Source: Candidatus Borrarchaeum weybense (lineage in GTDB: Archaea; Asgardarchaeota; Sifarchaeia; Borrarchaeales; Borrarchaeaceae). Taken from it: 64,000 bases of DNA. The stretch lies in contig JAHQJS010000008.1 of NCBI GenBank assembly GCA_019057385.1, forward strand, positions 1-64,000, given 5' to 3'. Of the stretch, positions 61,196-64,000 are shown piece by piece. A program made the translations under genes and the position numbers. Positions within the stretch are counted from its first letter, which is position 1. Each line of letters opens with the position of its first letter. A model generated the notes under the pieces. That model ran no database searches and was not told the origin of the DNA. It saw nothing but the letters and a program-made list of their open reading frames with translations.

Positions 61196-61933
61196 CTATT
61201 CACTATTTCGATTGTTACAATCATTTTTTGAAATTAATTCTTCCTTTGAAAATTGATGCTTTTTTGCTATCTCTTCTAATGCAAGTTCAGCTTCTTGACG
61301 AACATCGGGGCTTTTGTCCTTTTTTAATGCTTCAACTAACGGTTTTATTGCCCGTGTATCACCAATCTCTCCAAGCGCCCAAGCAGTCCAGTCTCTAATA
61401 TTTGACTCCTTTTCTTTTTTTTCATCAATCAATGAAATTAGTGGAAGTACGGCAGCTTTAGCATCTTTTATTGCTCCTAAAGCTCTGACTGCCGCCCAAC
61501 GGACTCTTCCATTATTTGAGTTCAGATTCTGCAGTAAATAGGGTACTGCTGTTACGATCTTCATCTTTCCAAGCGCTAATGACGCTTCGCTTCTTATTTG
61601 CGGATCTTTATCACTAAGAAGTGGAATCAAAAAAGGAATCGCTTTTTGTTCCCCTATTTTTCCTAAAGACTCAACTAAGGCTTCTCTAACATAAGAATTT
61701 GTCTCATCCTTTAATGTTCTAATTAAGAATGGAAAGGCTCTTTTATCTTGCATTTCGCCCAGTATTTCAGCTATTTTGTATCTTACATACCACGAATCAT
61801 GTTGAAGTGCATCAGTCAATTGACCAATAGCATTCTTCCCTATAGCAATCAGCTCTTTAATAATCTCCATATTGTCTTTGGTGCTTATGCCATTAATTAA
61901 TTCCTTTATTCTGCTGCTGGACATTTTTTCCAC
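61196..61933 (-). CDS. HEAT (PBS-lyase-like) repeat protein
   Basis: Repeated VR..A..ALG.I.D..A...L units. Confidence 0.92.
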   Translation of the reverse strand: MEKMSSSRIKELINGISTKDNMEIIKELIAIGKNAIGQLTDALQHDSWYVRYKIAEILGEMQDKRAFPFLIRTLKDETNSYVREALVESLGKIGEQKAIPFLIPLLSDKDPQIRSEASLALGKMKIVTAVPYLLQNLNSNNGRVRWAAVRALGAIKDAKAAVLPLISLIDEKKEKESNIRDWTAWALGEIGDTRAIKPLVEALKKDKSPDVRQEAELALEEIAKKHQFSKEELISKNDCNNRNSE

Positions 61934-62239
61934 GATGTTGCACTCTAAAACAAAACATCTTGAGTGTTATAGTATTTCCTTCTTGAATAGTCTAGTCAGA
62001 GTTTTAATCCATGAATAATTTTTTAATCATTTGATTTCCTTTTGATGAATGATTTCTTAAATTTCATTAAAGAATGAATTTGAAAAACTATACAATTCTA
62101 ATTGATTTCATGACATTAAGAAGCTATGTACTGTAGTGTTAGTCCTGGTATTCACACAAAATTAATTCTAATTATGTTACTTACGATATTGGATCATACT
62201 CATTCGTTAGAAGAGCTATGAAAAAAAATCCCTCGTCTA

Positions 62240-62257
62240 AAAGAAACTTTTATAAAT
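62240..62257 (+). promoter_or_regulatory. Putative BRE-TATA promoter of the rpl22 operon
   Basis: AAAGAAAC followed by TTTTATAAATA. Confidence 0.55.
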
Positions 62258-62285
62258 ATTTCAAAAAATAGGAAGAGGTACTAAT

Positions 62286-62395
62286 AGAAGGATTATTCAG
62301 ATTACGCAAAAATCATAAAGAAGGATTATTCAGATTACGCAAAAATCATAAAGAAGGATTATTCAGATTACGCAAAAATCATAAAGAAGGATTAT
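62286..62395 (+). repeat. 33-bp tandem repeat, 3 perfect copies plus 11 nt
   Basis: AGAAGGATTATTCAGATTACGCAAAAATCATAA at 62286, 62319 and 62352; partial copy at 62385. Confidence 0.97.
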
Positions 62396-62440
62396 ACTGA
62401 TACGTTCTTCTTCCTTAATACTTGTTGGAAGGAAAGAATT

Positions 62441-62902
62441 ATGCCAAATTACAAATATTCAATTTATGGTCTGGATCCAGATAGAACTGCTAAAGCAAGC
62501 GGCAGAGACTTAAGAATTTCACCGAAGCATGCAAGAGAGATTTGCGATGCTTTAAAAGATATGGATCTCGACAAGGCGAAGGAATTCCTCGAAGATGTAA
62601 TTGATATGAAGAAAATGGTGCCATTGAAGCGTCATAAAAGAAAAAAGCCGCATCATAAAGGCCTAAATAAGTGGTATGCGGGTGCGTATCCTGTAAAAGC
62701 AGCCGATGCTATTTTGACTATCCTTGATAATGCAGAAGCAAATGCGGAGTATAAAGGGCTTGATATTGACAGATGTAGGCTTATTCATATTGTGGCGCAT
62801 CGAGCAATGAAGATTAAGAACTATATTTCTCGCGCCTTTGGAAAATCGTCACCATATTTTAATACGTTAACACATATTGAGGTTATAGTTGAAGAACAGT
62901 AA
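62441..62902 (+). CDS. rpl22: 50S ribosomal protein L22
   Basis: LRISPKHAREIC, YPVKAA, NAEANAEYKGLD, RAFG. Confidence 0.97.
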   Translation: MPNYKYSIYGLDPDRTAKASGRDLRISPKHAREICDALKDMDLDKAKEFLEDVIDMKKMVPLKRHKRKKPHHKGLNKWYAGAYPVKAADAILTILDNAEANAEYKGLDIDRCRLIHIVAHRAMKIKNYISRAFGKSSPYFNTLTHIEVIVEEQ

Positions 62903-62953
62903 ATGTGAGTTTAGACTGTAAAAAATCCTAATGATAAACCTGGGGGGAAAAAA

Positions 62954-63652
62954 ATCCCAACGAAGAATCATTTCATCGAAAAAGGCATATTACAAAATGA
63001 TATTGACGAATATTTCAGATCCAAACTCGCACGTGCGGGTTATAGTAACTTGGAGATATTCAAAACACCACTTGGTACTCGTGTTATTATTAATGCTGAA
63101 CGTCCTGGTATGATAATTGGTCGCCGAGGTCGAAGCGTTAAAGAACTTACGATTGACCTTGAACAGCGGTTTAACCTCGAAAACCCTCAGATTGAAGTAA
63201 ATCAAATTGACGTACCTGAGTTAGATGCAAAAGTTATGGTCCAGAGAATTGCTAGCGGGTTAGCTAGAGGTATACATTTTAGACGTGCAGGATATAGCGT
63301 CTTAAGACTAGTAATGAAAGCAGGAGCCAGAGGCGTAGAAATTACCATCAAGGGAAAGATTACAAGCCAACGTGCTCGAACAGAAAAATTTCGAGAAGGT
63401 TTTGTTGCAAAATGCGGCGAGCCTGCCTTACTATATGTAGATCAAGCAACAACCCATGTGCCACGAAAAAGCGGTGTCCTTGGTGTCACCGTAAAGATTA
63501 TGCTCCCTCAGGGAGTACTTCCTGACGAAGTAGAATTTATTCCTGGAACCAAACCTGATGAAAAAGAAATCGTTGAAAGCCCGATTGATGAACTGATCGA
63601 AGAAGAACCAGAGAATAAAGAATCTGACAGTGATGAAGAGGTGTCCGATTAA
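62954..63652 (+). CDS. rps3: 30S ribosomal protein S3 (N-terminus extends upstream of the track start)
   Basis: In-frame IPTKNHFIEKGILQNDIDEYFRSKLARAGYS precedes TTG 63050; KH domain RPGMIIGRRG. Confidence 0.93.
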   Translation: MPTKNHFIEKGILQNDIDEYFRSKLARAGYSNLEIFKTPLGTRVIINAERPGMIIGRRGRSVKELTIDLEQRFNLENPQIEVNQIDVPELDAKVMVQRIASGLARGIHFRRAGYSVLRLVMKAGARGVEITIKGKITSQRARTEKFREGFVAKCGEPALLYVDQATTHVPRKSGVLGVTVKIMLPQGVLPDEVEFIPGTKPDEKEIVESPIDELIEEEPENKESDSDEEVSD

Positions 63653-63861
63653 TGGCGATATTACGTTCTAAAGAAATTAGAACAATGGAACCTTCTGCTA
63701 GACTAAAAAAATTGATGGAACTCAGAGCAGAATATATGGAAAATAAGGCAAAGATAGCAACTGGAGGGGCCTTAGAGAGCCCTGGACGAGTAAAAGCATT
63801 AAGAAGAACTATTGCCCGACTAGTTACCATCATTCGTGAAGAAGAAGCGAAATCAAAATGA
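63652..63861 (+). CDS. rpl29: 50S ribosomal protein L29
   Basis: MAILRSKEIR..., PGRVKALRRTIAR. Confidence 0.96.
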   Translation: MAILRSKEIRTMEPSARLKKLMELRAEYMENKAKIATGGALESPGRVKALRRTIARLVTIIREEEAKSK

Positions 63862-64000
63862 CATTAAACCGTAATGCAAAGATCCTGTTAAGTCGTGAAT
63901 TCATTGGTTTGAGAATAAAGGTTATGAAATCCACTCATAGTGAGCTATGTGGTATATTCGGTACGATTATTGATGAAACTAAGAATACGTTAGTAATTTA
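63858..64000 (+). CDS. rnp1: RNase P protein Rpp29 (partial, runs off window)
   Basis: MTLNRNAKILLSREFIGLRIKV..S.....GI.GTIIDETKNTL; usual position after rpl29. Confidence 0.9.
   Translation, partial: MTLNRNAKILLSREFIGLRIKVMKSTHSELCGIFGTIIDETKNTLVI

Noticed and set aside
62286-62395. CRISPR array
   Set aside because: Repeats abut with no spacers, and no cas genes are present
62931-63113. 60-aa ORF as an independent gene
   Set aside because: Overlaps the conserved S3 N-terminus in another frame; relevant only to the frameshift hypothesis

Overview
AT-rich archaeal chromosomal segment, most likely from an Asgard archaeon (profilin, Arf-like GTPase, STT3-like AglB, RPA3-like subunit, PCI-like mini-protein). 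Core genes include: the PCNA-GINS-rps27e-aIF2alpha-Nop10-PAC2 cluster, N-glycosylation genes (AglB, GT2/GT4/GT-C, flippase), class I LysRS, a P1B-ATPase and a ZIP transporter, CCA enzyme, Cdc6, a KaiC-like pair, GGGPS/GGR, AMP phosphorylase, DNA ligase, MetAP2, a LysW-dependent lysine/arginine operon with two lysW genes missed by the ORF track, and the start of an rpl22-rps3-rpl29-rpp29 operon. The least explained layer is intergenic: about ten IS200/IS605-family remnants. These include three protein-less cassettes that keep both transposon ends, a TATA-like box and a structured guide-RNA scaffold (one HEARO/IscB type, two TnpB type), a 41-bp left-end/right-end hybrid, and three right ends whose terminal tetranucleotide forms an in-frame stop codon of a host gene. 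Two tnpA-less TnpB genes with atypical RuvC sites are candidate trans partners. rps3 has no canonical start codon for its conserved N-terminus. All calls come from reading motifs by eye; no searches were run.
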